DNA of 64,000 bases. It comes from Candidatus Velthaea sp. (lineage in GTDB: Bacteria; Vulcanimicrobiota; Vulcanimicrobiia; Vulcanimicrobiales; Vulcanimicrobiaceae). The notes beneath the pieces were generated by a model that saw nothing but the letters and a program-made list of their open reading frames with translations, made no database searches and was not told the origin of the DNA. The position numbers and the translations under genes were made by a program. Shown here piece after piece: positions 38,801 to 47,056 of the stretch. The stretch is taken from assembly GCA_965214935.1 (NCBI GenBank), contig CBDCCS010000001.1, positions 106,190 to 170,189 on the forward strand. The letters run 5' to 3'. Within the stretch, counting starts at the first letter, position 1; each line of letters opens with the position of its first letter.

Positions 38801-39380
38801 CATGCGCGATCTCGAGATTCGTGGTGCGGGCAATCTGCTGGGCGCCGCGCAATCCGGCTTTATCGGCGCCGTCGGCTTCGAGACGTACGTGCAGCTGTTG
38901 GCCGATGCAATCGCCGAACGGCAAGGTTCGACCGCCGAGCGCGAAATCAAACGTGAAGCGGTCATCGACGTCAAGCTCGACGCGTTCGTGCCGAACGGCT
39001 ACATCCCACAAGTTTCGCAAAAGATCGCGGTGTATCAGCAGTTGGCCGCGGCTCGCAGCTTGCGCGAAGTGGGCGAAATCGTGGCGAGCGTGCGCGACCG
39101 CTTCGGCCCCTTACCCGAGCCGCTCGAAAACCTAGTCGCGATTACCGAGTTGCGCGCGATCGCGATTCGGAAGGGCGTTACGCGGGTCGTCATCGACGAA
39201 CAACGTTTGACGTTGGGGGTCGGTTCGGCTTTCGCACTCGATCCGGCGACTTTACCGAAGCTGCAATCGCTCACACGTAATAAATTTCGATTCGCCGAAG
39301 GTAAGATCGTCATCGATTTGCCGAAGCGCAAGCCCGTCGAGCAGATTCCGACATTGCGCGAGCTGCTCGACGCACTGTGA
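35883..39380 (+). CDS. mfd: Transcription-repair coupling factor
   Basis: AVRGG.IDVF, GDYVVH..HGIG.Y, DRLVCGDVGYGKTEVA, DEEQRFGV, QLRGRVGRS, RDLEIRGAGNLLG. Confidence 0.97.
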   Translation: MAELIERLRTPLLARGHAFSLHETTAGARPYVLAGLHRALGGQIVVLVATTDVAERTFTDLIYFLGETEAQSVALLRPRDESVGALESPSERSARMTLLADLCAGKARIVIAPVAAVRQYVMPCAVFERSALRLEVGAEIGWDAIQSRLYHLGYSRVDVVSAAGEYAVRGGLIDVFPATTDAPVRLEFFGDTLESMRPFELQSQRSDGNSTDLTVVPWLEIPREDAYRERVLARATGEAGVLSALRAYLGSGADVPEPWLALAYDEPVTLFDYVDAEALVVLDEPGMLDTLDRSLEEERSREAQLLLAGVDSGELDVRTSEVGEALLAEVTAPYPRLHDLSAAFAVRRTLILTGGIEAGETPWLPPSAQSFVLETRPAEHFNRRVELFVTAVAGWVAAGDTVWLVANGASRLAELLRAAGVSVERSASIVHLRAVGPFGRAAGDGVALGGNGSVYVDAGSIETGFSIPGLRLHVLGDREIHGQPAKRVKLRAVKEGVPVTLADLRVGDYVVHAVHGIGQYLGLRTETILGATSDYLDLKYAGTDRMLVPVHQMHQVTKYGANEGAAPKLSRMGGADWARTKGRVSEALAKIADGLVALYAEREIAQGHAFGPDSPWQAELEEAFPYEPTPDQAKAIADAKADMERPRPMDRLVCGDVGYGKTEVAVRAIFKAIADKKQVAVLVPTTLLASQHYRTLTNRFASFPVRIDELSRFRTKKEQQATLAALAAGQVDVVVGTHRILQKDIVFRDLGLIVVDEEQRFGVMHKERLKQMRATVDVLTLSATPIPRTLQMSLMGVRDLSLIQTAPKNRMSIKTVVVPAADSIVQRAIVSELDRGGQIYYVHNRIESIYAVARALERLVPKARIAVGHGKMTESELEPVMTKFIEGEIDVFVSTTIIENGIDIPNVNTIIVNDADKFGLAQLYQLRGRVGRSNHQAYAYLLYQAHKALSEDAKARLEAIREFTHLGSGLQIAMRDLEIRGAGNLLGAAQSGFIGAVGFETYVQLLADAIAERQGSTAEREIKREAVIDVKLDAFVPNGYIPQVSQKIAVYQQLAAARSLREVGEIVASVRDRFGPLPEPLENLVAITELRAIAIRKGVTRVVIDEQRLTLGVGSAFALDPATLPKLQSLTRNKFRFAEGKIVIDLPKRKPVEQIPTLRELLDAL

Positions 39381-39405
39381 CGGTCGGCGACGGGCGCGCT
39401 ATCGG

Positions 39406-39846
39406 CTACGGCGTGTGATCGGTGATGATGTGCCAGCCTTGGCTGTTGCGATGTAAGACGAGTGTGAAGAGGCCGCTGACATTACCGCCGGCAGCGGCTG
39501 TGCGCGCGAGATGCCAGCGCGCGCTGGCGACGGCATACCGAGCGCCGAGCGGACGGACGACCAAATCCGATACGCTCAGCGCACCCATGTGTCCGGGATG
39601 ATAATGACCGGCATAGCGCGCGCGAATGGCGCCGTAGCCATGCACGATCGCCGTCGAGCTAATGTATTGCGTTTGCGCTGAGTTCTCGTACGTTTGCATG
39701 AACGTATCGAGATCGCCGCGATTCCACGCCGAGGCGCTGCGCGCAAGTAACGCCGCTACACCGCTTTGCGCGGACTCGGCTGCCGCCGGCATGACGCCGG
39801 ACGCCGCGAGCGCGACCGAAGCAAGAAATGCGAACAACAGCTGCAT
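39406..39846 (-). CDS. Secreted NTF2-like (DUF4440/YybH) protein
   Basis: Signal peptide, AWNRGDLD.FM..Y, C-terminal G.FTLV......GW.I..DH. Confidence 0.8.
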   Translation of the reverse strand: MQLLFAFLASVALAASGVMPAAAESAQSGVAALLARSASAWNRGDLDTFMQTYENSAQTQYISSTAIVHGYGAIRARYAGHYHPGHMGALSVSDLVVRPLGARYAVASARWHLARTAAAGGNVSGLFTLVLHRNSQGWHIITDHTP

Positions 39847-39970
39847 AGCCGGACGCGTTCCTCGATCACCACACGGCGAACCTTTCTGAGGCGAGAGCCG
39901 GCGGCTGTGCGGCGATAGCGACGTACGCCAGAGGTCGAACGTAATGGCCGGAGCGTTGTCTACTCGACGG

Positions 39971-40000
39971 TTGATCCGCCGTGCCGGCGCGTGCTACTAT
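39971..40000 (+). promoter_or_regulatory. Putative sigma70 promoter of the TonB-dependent receptor
   Basis: TTGATC, 18 bp, TACTAT with extended -10 TG. Confidence 0.5.
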
Positions 40001-40067
40001 CCGCGGAACGTTCGCCCGGCCGCTATGGCTTCGGGCGATTGAACTTCATCCGTTGGAGTGCTCGACT

Positions 40068-42944
40068 ATGATTTCCCGAAACGCCGGCCTGCGCCGGAGC
40101 GTCGTTACCGCCGCGTTCTTGTTTGTGTCGTGCGGCTTCGTTCAAGCGGCGGCCGATGCTCAAGCATCGCCGCCGGTAGCGACGCCGGCGGCTTCGACCG
40201 CCGGCGCGACTGAGACCGGCAGTGCGACCGGGATCGTGACCGATCCCGCCGGCGTGCCGGCCGGTAACGTCGGCATCGAACTTGCCGGACCGGTCACGCG
40301 GCGTACGCAGACCGACACAGCGGGCTCGTTCGAGATCGATTTGCTGCCGCCGGGCGTCTATCGCATCAACGTCACGAAGTCGGGCTTTACGCCGCTCCAA
40401 GATACGCTCACCGTCACAGCCGGTTCGAGTACGAGCGCGAAGTTACAACTCAGCGCCGCATCGTTCACCTCGATCAGACAGATCGGCCGCGTCTCCGTGT
40501 CACGTAATGCCGCCGGCGCGCTCAACACGTCGACGGCGTCCGTTGCGACGATCTCGGGCAGCACGTTCATCGATCAGGGCCAACTCAACGTCGACCGGAC
40601 GCTCAACGAATTGCCGGGCGTTACGATCGGCGTCGGGTCGGGCTTCTCGGGCGGCAGTGCCGGCGACGGTGTCGCCAACGGAGCAAGTCCGCTCGTCACC
40701 GGCATTCCGCAATTGCGCGGTTCGCTGCCGTATGAAACAGCATCTCTCATCGACGGCCATCCGATCTCGATCGGCGTGTACGGCACGTTCAACCCGGTTT
40801 TCATCAATCCGTATATCTTGCAGGATACCGAGATCGTTAAGGGACCGGGCGCAGCGGCACCCAACATCAACTATGCCATCGGCGGCACCGCAAACTTTGT
40901 GACGCTCGAACCGACGCGCGAGTCGCACCGCTCGTTCGATTTGGGCGTCGATCAGTTCGGCGGCCAAAATGCAAACTTGCGCGCGACGGGCACGTTGCCG
41001 AACGGCAAACTCGCCTATGCACTCGATTACGCGACGCAGGGAACGCAAGGTGTCGATCGCGGCTGGGATCCGCTCGACCCGCTCAATCTGAGCAACGGCG
41101 CGCTCATCAACGGCGTCCCGACGTGCGCCGGTACGGCCAACGCCTTCGGCTGTTTCCCCAGCGTCGTGCAGACGAAGACGAACTTTGCGGCGGCCTCGAA
41201 TCTCACCGCGCCGCTCGTCGTCTGCTGCCCGCAGACGCCGATGGAATCAAGCACGCGCAACGAACTCGGGAAACTGCGCTACAATTTCACCCCGTCGACC
41301 TCGCTAACGCTCACATACTTAGGCGGACAAATTCGCGGTTCGTCGCTTGCAGCAAATCTGTTCACGTTTCCGAGTTACTTCTTCGGGCCGCCCGCGGGTT
41401 ACACCGGAGCGTTGACACCGGGCGCGGCAACCTTCGAGAATTTACAAGGCGACAGCGCACTTGATACGAATGCAAATTTGTACGAAGCGGAGTTTCATGC
41501 TGCCGCCGGACCCGTCACCTTGCTTGCGCGATATTACGCCGCGAACATCGACACCGGCAATTTGCAATACGGCGACGGGCCCACGCCCGGAAGCGGTTCG
41601 GTTTTCGGCAATCTGTACGGCGGCGTTCCGCTCGGCACCGACGTCAATCCGACGATCTTCAACGGCCAGCCGGGAACGGTCACGTTGCTCAATTCATATC
41701 TTGGCGTCCGGACGCGAGATAAATTAAACGGCTTCACGTTCGAGGCGGATTTGCCGATTGCCAACAACGTCTTCACGTTATCGTATGACGCGGTCGGTAC
41801 GAAGAGCAGCGCGGCGACGATTCAATCGAACGCGGGCGGCGACGTCAACACCGTACCGGTCGGTTCGGGTCAGCGCTATCAGACGATTTTGCTGCGCGGG
41901 CAATTCGAGTTGCGCCCGGGTCTTCAGGCGACCCTCAGCAATTACGCAACGTCGTATACCGATCATTACACGCAAGATTTCGGCCAGACGTTTCTCGACT
42001 CGACGCACGCGTACGATGCACCGCGGTTTGCACTGTCATGGCGGCCATCCACCGACATCGCGGTGCGCGCATCGACCGGTTTCTCGATCGCACCGCCGTA
42101 TATCAATTTGCTGACGAACAGCGTTGCAACACCCGACCGGACGCCGCCGACGTATTTCCAAGTCACTAACAACGCCGGCGACGTTAAGCCCGAAACAGCC
42201 TTCGGCTACGACCTCGGATTGGATAAACGACTGCCGGGCAATGCGACGGTCTCCGCCGACGTTTACGAGACGACCCTGCGCGACCAGTACCTTGCAACGA
42301 CGCAATCATCGCCGGTCGGCTACACGTTAGCGGCAAGCAATCCGTACGGCGGTGCGCCGGGGGTCTATCCGCTGTTCATCAATCAAACGCGCAATCTCGG
42401 ACATTCGCGGTATGAAGGCATCGAACTGGCGGTGCGACGCGATCCGGCCGTCGGCTTGGGCTTCAAAGTTCAAGGCTCGCTGCAACGCGCGTTTGCCTAC
42501 GATCTTCCGCCCGGCTTCTACGACACGGCAGCCGGACCGAACACGACGAATCTCGGCATCCTGCCGAACGAAAATTTCCAATCATCAGGTCAAGGCTATA
42601 ACAGTCTTGCACCCTCGCGCATTCCCTATTCTCAAGGTTACGCCGAAGTCAATGTGCGAGGCCGTAACGGTTCGTATCTGCTCGCGGGCGTTACCTATTT
42701 CGGTCCGAACAATCAGTACAACGAACCGCCGTTCGGGGTCGTAACGGCCAGCTTCCGTCAACCGCTGACCAAGCGCAGTTCGCTGCTTTTTGCCGTCACC
42801 AATATTACCGGAGCTTACAGCGCGTTTCGGTACAATATCTACGGCGGCATCCCGACCCCGCTTGAAAACGGCACCCTGGGTTACACGGCCGGCAACGTCA
42901 TCGGTCCGAGTACGGCGAGTTTGACGCTGCACGTCGATTTATAG
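40068..42944 (+). CDS. TonB-dependent receptor with N-terminal carboxypeptidase-regulatory-like domain
   Basis: Signal peptide, G.VTD..G...TD..G.F....L.PG.Y, plug L..LPGV/RG/LIDG.P/EI.KGP, later N....KPETA...D.G; GGAG RBS. Confidence 0.88.
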   Translation: MISRNAGLRRSVVTAAFLFVSCGFVQAAADAQASPPVATPAASTAGATETGSATGIVTDPAGVPAGNVGIELAGPVTRRTQTDTAGSFEIDLLPPGVYRINVTKSGFTPLQDTLTVTAGSSTSAKLQLSAASFTSIRQIGRVSVSRNAAGALNTSTASVATISGSTFIDQGQLNVDRTLNELPGVTIGVGSGFSGGSAGDGVANGASPLVTGIPQLRGSLPYETASLIDGHPISIGVYGTFNPVFINPYILQDTEIVKGPGAAAPNINYAIGGTANFVTLEPTRESHRSFDLGVDQFGGQNANLRATGTLPNGKLAYALDYATQGTQGVDRGWDPLDPLNLSNGALINGVPTCAGTANAFGCFPSVVQTKTNFAAASNLTAPLVVCCPQTPMESSTRNELGKLRYNFTPSTSLTLTYLGGQIRGSSLAANLFTFPSYFFGPPAGYTGALTPGAATFENLQGDSALDTNANLYEAEFHAAAGPVTLLARYYAANIDTGNLQYGDGPTPGSGSVFGNLYGGVPLGTDVNPTIFNGQPGTVTLLNSYLGVRTRDKLNGFTFEADLPIANNVFTLSYDAVGTKSSAATIQSNAGGDVNTVPVGSGQRYQTILLRGQFELRPGLQATLSNYATSYTDHYTQDFGQTFLDSTHAYDAPRFALSWRPSTDIAVRASTGFSIAPPYINLLTNSVATPDRTPPTYFQVTNNAGDVKPETAFGYDLGLDKRLPGNATVSADVYETTLRDQYLATTQSSPVGYTLAASNPYGGAPGVYPLFINQTRNLGHSRYEGIELAVRRDPAVGLGFKVQGSLQRAFAYDLPPGFYDTAAGPNTTNLGILPNENFQSSGQGYNSLAPSRIPYSQGYAEVNVRGRNGSYLLAGVTYFGPNNQYNEPPFGVVTASFRQPLTKRSSLLFAVTNITGAYSAFRYNIYGGIPTPLENGTLGYTAGNVIGPSTASLTLHVDL

Positions 42945-42996
42945 ACCGCTACGACGCTGCGTGCCCGGCGCACGCTGACGATGCGACGGCAAGTTC

Positions 42997-43002
42997 GGGT
43001 AT
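42997..43002 (+). promoter_or_regulatory. GGGTAT SigB/SigF-like -10 element, 9 nt before the DUF1003 ATG
   Basis: GGGTAT-aggtgcgga-ATG; same spacing at two other genes. Confidence 0.6.
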
Positions 43003-43011
43003 AGGTGCGGA

Positions 43012-43545
43012 ATGCACGTTCAAGCGACCGCACCTTCAATGGCAAGTCACGCTCACGAGACGATCGAGTCGGTTGCCGACCTCGAACGCACCGCTGAGCG
43101 CGGCCTGTCGATGCACCAGCGCTGGATCGAGCGGATGACTTCGGCCGTCGGCCGGCCGATCAGCGTTTATATCACCCTCGGCTTCGTTGTCGCTTGGATC
43201 GTCGTTAACGCCGTTCTCGCGCCTGCGAATCGTGCATTCGATCCGCCGCCGTTCACTTATCTCGACGGACTTGTAAGTCTCTCGGCGCTGCTCATGACGA
43301 TCTTTATTCTCACACGCGAAAATCGGACCAACATTCACGACGCCCGGCGCGATCGTCTCGATCTCCAAATCAATCTGCTCAACGAACGTAAGATCAGTAA
43401 GGTCATTGCGATGATCGAAGAGCTGCGTCGCGACAGCCCGACGATACCAAACCGGCACGACCCCGAAGCGCGCGAAATGCGCCAAGCCGCCGATACCGAC
43501 GCCCTCGTTCGTGCAATGGACGAGCGCACGCCCGATGCGATCTGA
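43012..43545 (+). CDS. DUF1003 membrane protein
   Basis: Two TM segments, W...N......FDPPPF..L, IL..ENR, DL.INL..E. Confidence 0.85.
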   Translation: MHVQATAPSMASHAHETIESVADLERTAERGLSMHQRWIERMTSAVGRPISVYITLGFVVAWIVVNAVLAPANRAFDPPPFTYLDGLVSLSALLMTIFILTRENRTNIHDARRDRLDLQINLLNERKISKVIAMIEELRRDSPTIPNRHDPEAREMRQAADTDALVRAMDERTPDAI

Positions 43546-44134
43546 GCCCGGCGCCGCGCGCGAGAAACCGTCGCTCGATCGCGCTTTCTTTGCCGCCATG
43601 TATGCCGATACGATCGATCCGTGGCACTTTGCGACCAGCGCATACGAACGTGAGAAGTATCAGGCGACGCTTGCAGCACTCGGCGGTGCACGCTTTGCAT
43701 CGGCGTTGGAAATCGGCTGCTCGGTCGGCGTTCTGACCGCGCTGTTCGCCGCTTCGTGCGACCGGCTGACGGCCATCGATATCAACGAACGCGCGCTGGC
43801 GGCGGCAGGTGAACGCTGCGCCGGACTGCCCGGCGTACGCTTCGAGCAAATGGCATTTCCGCACGAGGCGCCGGGTGGACGCTTCGATGCAATCATCGTG
43901 TCGGAGGTCGCCTACTATTGGTCGGACGCAGATCTTGCCCGCGCAATTGACGTCATCGCCGACGCTGCTCGCGGCGGCGGAACCGTCGAACTCGTGCATT
44001 ACTTGCCGCGAGTGCAGGAATATCTACGCGACGGAGACGCCGTCCATACCGCATTCTTGAATGACGAACGGTTTGTGCCGGTTCGGGCGCACCGCGCCGA
44101 ACGGTATCGCATCGACGTACTCGAGGTCCGGTGA
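43535..44134 (+). CDS. NodS-like SAM-dependent methyltransferase
   Basis: F..MY....DPW.F..S.YE..KY, LEIGCSVG.LT, FD.I..SEV.YYW. Confidence 0.88.
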   Translation: MRSEPGAAREKPSLDRAFFAAMYADTIDPWHFATSAYEREKYQATLAALGGARFASALEIGCSVGVLTALFAASCDRLTAIDINERALAAAGERCAGLPGVRFEQMAFPHEAPGGRFDAIIVSEVAYYWSDADLARAIDVIADAARGGGTVELVHYLPRVQEYLRDGDAVHTAFLNDERFVPVRAHRAERYRIDVLEVR

Positions 44135-45237
44135 CATGCGATGGAACGGGCCTGCCGGCGCCGACCTCTGCTTGCCGGCTCACCGTCGTCATTCCGGCGC
44201 GCAACGAAGCCGCGTTTGTCACTCACGCGCTGCGCGCCTTGGCAGCGCAGCGCGACCTCAACGGCGGCCCGCTTGCGTCCGGTCTGTTCGATATTATCGT
44301 CCTCGCCAATAACTGCTCGGATGCAACCGCGGAGCTGGCCCGGCGGTCGGCACAAGCGTCGCGCGTGCCGATTTACGTCGTTGAAGCCGACTTCGCCGGC
44401 GCCGATGCCCACGTCGGCGCGGCGCGCAGAGCGGTGATGGATTCGGCGGCGGCGCGTTTTAGGGACGCCGGCCGGCCGCACGCCGTCATTGCGTCGACGG
44501 ACGCCGACACGGTCGTCGATTCGCAATGGATTGCTTGGACGCTGCGCGAGGTGCCCGGCGTGGACGCCGTTGCCGGCCACGTCCGTATCGGTGACGCGGA
44601 GCGCAGCCGCTTCGACGTGCCGGTGCAGACGCTGTACTCGCGCGAACTAACGTATCGCCGCCTCGTTGCCGAGGTCGAAACGCTTATCGATCCGGTCGCC
44701 GAGGATCCGTATCCACGCCATAGTTCGTTCGTCGGCGCCAGTTTCGCCGTCACGACCGCAGCGTATCTTGCCGCGGGCGGTTTGCCGCCGCTGCCGCAAC
44801 TCGAAGATCAGCAATTTTGCCGCGCATTGCGTCGGATCGACGCGCGCATCCGGCATAGCACGCGCGTCCGGGCGACGACGTCGGGCCGAACGGCAACGCA
44901 CGTCGGCGGCGGGTTCGGCGCCTTCATCGCCGGCTTACATCAGAGTGCCGAACGGCGCTCGACCTTCGCGGTCGAACATCCGCGCCTAACGCTCGCGCTT
45001 TTTACCGCGCGCGCCGCTTTGCGCGGCATCTGGTCGCAACGCAACACGAACGTCGAAACGCCGATACCGTTGCCGCCGCTTCTGCAACGCGTGCAATCGA
45101 CGGTGAAGCGCGATGTACGAGAGTCGCCGACGTTCGGGCTGTTCTTCGACCGCGTCATGGCGCGATGTGCGATGCCGGCCCCGCCGGACGTCGCGGTCGA
45201 GTATGCAATCGACGTACTACGGGCAGCTGCCGGATAG
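44131..45237 (+). CDS. Family 2 glycosyltransferase
   Basis: VVIPARNE, ANNCSD.T, HVG.AR, STDADT.V, GAS.AV...AY..AGG, ED, TSGR. Confidence 0.88.
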   Translation: MTCDGTGLPAPTSACRLTVVIPARNEAAFVTHALRALAAQRDLNGGPLASGLFDIIVLANNCSDATAELARRSAQASRVPIYVVEADFAGADAHVGAARRAVMDSAAARFRDAGRPHAVIASTDADTVVDSQWIAWTLREVPGVDAVAGHVRIGDAERSRFDVPVQTLYSRELTYRRLVAEVETLIDPVAEDPYPRHSSFVGASFAVTTAAYLAAGGLPPLPQLEDQQFCRALRRIDARIRHSTRVRATTSGRTATHVGGGFGAFIAGLHQSAERRSTFAVEHPRLTLALFTARAALRGIWSQRNTNVETPIPLPPLLQRVQSTVKRDVRESPTFGLFFDRVMARCAMPAPPDVAVEYAIDVLRAAAG

Positions 45238-46278
45238 GTCTTCGCGGCCGTCCGGCGGCCGCTCGAAGGCAGCTCGGCCAACCCGCAGGAGCGCGGCGTC
45301 AGGTGCCGGCTGACGCAAGTACATTTGCAGATCGCGAACGAGACCGCTGAACGGTTGCGGTTCGATGAGTCCCTGCGCCCCGACGCAGCGCACCGCACGT
45401 TCCATTGTTTCCAGCGCGGCTCGTTCGACGACGGTGCGTGCCATATCGACCGCTTCCAACACGTCGGCAGCGGCAGCGGCAGACGGCTCGCGATCGAAGC
45501 GTTGCCAAGCCGCAGCCCCGGCGGCTAGCCACTGCCGCGCCGTGAGATTTGCAATGCGCATCTCGGCGATTCGCGCGCATTGAAATGCATCGCCGTCACG
45601 GCCGCGCGCGCGCAAATAATCGATTGTCTCAGCGACGAGCCGATCGATTGCGCCGGTTTGAACCGCTGCAAAACGTAGTGCCCCAGCGTAAAACCAGGGC
45701 TGCACTTCATATTCTCCCGGCGCTCCGATAAGGTCGATTTGCGTCAGCCGTATACCGCTAAAGTCGACGGCGAAGCTGTCACTTGCGAGCATGCCGTGCG
45801 GTCGCCACCCGGATGCGTCGATGCGCGGAATTACGCGATCCAGCGGTATCAAACACATTTGCACGGCACCGTCGGGCAATGCGGCGGTCACGATCGCGCG
45901 GGTAATCGAACCGGCGCCCGACGTCCACGTTTTCGCACCGTGCAGCAGATAGCCCCCGGCTTGAGGCTCGAGTTGAACCGGCGTATCGCCCTGCGTATTC
46001 CAGACGCCGAAGAGCTGACCGTCGCGGATCGCCCGTTCGGCGGCACATTGCTGTTCCGGCGTGCCGCAGCGCGCAACGAGCTGAGCGCCGTTGAGATGAC
46101 CCTCGAAAATCCGGCCCAGGCTGAGGTCGCGCGCACCCACCGCGCGTAACGCCGCAAGCTCGGCCGTCCGTCCCACGAGCGGAACGCCGCGCTCGTCCGC
46201 GAGGGCCGATGTCCGCAAGGCGGCGTCGAGCGCGTACGCCCGGGAGACGGGTGAATCAAACATCCGGTCGGCGATCAT
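45217..46278 (-). CDS. Acyl-CoA dehydrogenase family protein
   Basis: LS.GR.FEGH.N, L.G.KT..SGA, W...GM.AS.S, RDL.MYLRQ. Confidence 0.85.
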   Translation of the reverse strand: MIADRMFDSPVSRAYALDAALRTSALADERGVPLVGRTAELAALRAVGARDLSLGRIFEGHLNGAQLVARCGTPEQQCAAERAIRDGQLFGVWNTQGDTPVQLEPQAGGYLLHGAKTWTSGAGSITRAIVTAALPDGAVQMCLIPLDRVIPRIDASGWRPHGMLASDSFAVDFSGIRLTQIDLIGAPGEYEVQPWFYAGALRFAAVQTGAIDRLVAETIDYLRARGRDGDAFQCARIAEMRIANLTARQWLAAGAAAWQRFDREPSAAAAADVLEAVDMARTVVERAALETMERAVRCVGAQGLIEPQPFSGLVRDLQMYLRQPAPDAALLRVGRAAFERPPDGREDLSGSCP

Positions 46279-46287
46279 CCTCGATTG

Positions 46288-46293
46288 ATACCC
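46288..46293 (-). promoter_or_regulatory. GGGTAT SigB/SigF-like -10 element, 9 nt before the acyl-CoA dehydrogenase ATG
   Basis: Minus strand GGGTAT-caatcgagg-ATG. Confidence 0.6.
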
Positions 46294-46320
46294 GCTCGGG
46301 CGGTGCCGACGACGCCGGGC

Positions 46321-47037
46321 TCAATCGCAATAGAAGCGTTCGATCGGCAGCAGCCAGCGGGCGAGCATTGCAGCGTCGATGCAAAAGCCGTCCGGGTCGT
46401 CGTCGATCACTTCGCCCAGTTGCGTCCGGTGCTCGGCCAAGGCCGAGCGTTTGCGCGTCAACTCGGCTGCGCTAAGCGGAACGGCAATGGTCTTTACGTC
46501 GTGCGCCGGCAGATCGGCGGCCGTACCGCGAATCGGCAACCAGACGCCGTAAGAATAGACCGCCGGATGACGGCGGCAGCGTAAAATCGCTTCGCCGGCG
46601 AACGCGGCGGCGGCGACATGATCCGCATGCGGATCGCGTTTCCAGGGCACGAGCACGATCTGCGCGCGCGACCGCTTTAGAGCAGCGATCAGGGCCGCGA
46701 CGATCGTCGCCTGCTGCGGCGCGGCCAGCGCAGCGAGCCCGCTGTCGGGCGCGCGCAAGAAGCGCGGCCGCATCCCGATGCCAAGCATCAAGAGTGCTCG
46801 ACGCGCTTCGATTTCGCGTAAATCTCGAATGGCCGCCGGCGCGAAGCGCTGCGATTGCGGATGACTCGCGCTGCCGTCCGTGATGTAAACGACCGTCACT
46901 CGCGCCTTGCGTTGCGCGAAGCGAGCGAGAATGCCGCCGCAACCGATAACGTCATCATCAGGATGCGGTGAAACGACGAGCACTCCCAGGCGTACGCGCC
47001 GTCGCGCGGCCCGGCAGGCTTGCGCATAGCGGTGCAA
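46321..47037 (-). CDS. PIG-L/LmbE family deacetylase
   Basis: VVSPHPDDD..GCGG, TDG..SH, R..EA, DPH.DH, K..AL..H.TQ; start uncertain (TTG 47037 or ATG 47058). Confidence 0.88.
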   Translation of the reverse strand: MHRYAQACRAARRRVRLGVLVVSPHPDDDVIGCGGILARFAQRKARVTVVYITDGSASHPQSQRFAPAAIRDLREIEARRALLMLGIGMRPRFLRAPDSGLAALAAPQQATIVAALIAALKRSRAQIVLVPWKRDPHADHVAAAAFAGEAILRCRRHPAVYSYGVWLPIRGTAADLPAHDVKTIAVPLSAAELTRKRSALAEHRTQLGEVIDDDPDGFCIDAAMLARWLLPIERFYCD

Positions 47038-47041
47038 ACCG

Positions 47042-47047
47042 GGGTAC
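47042..47047 (+). promoter_or_regulatory. GGGTAC SigB/SigF-like -10 element, 9 nt before the Rieske protein ATG
   Basis: GGGTAC-gaagcaggc-ATG. Confidence 0.55.
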
Positions 47048-47056
47048 GAAGCAGGC

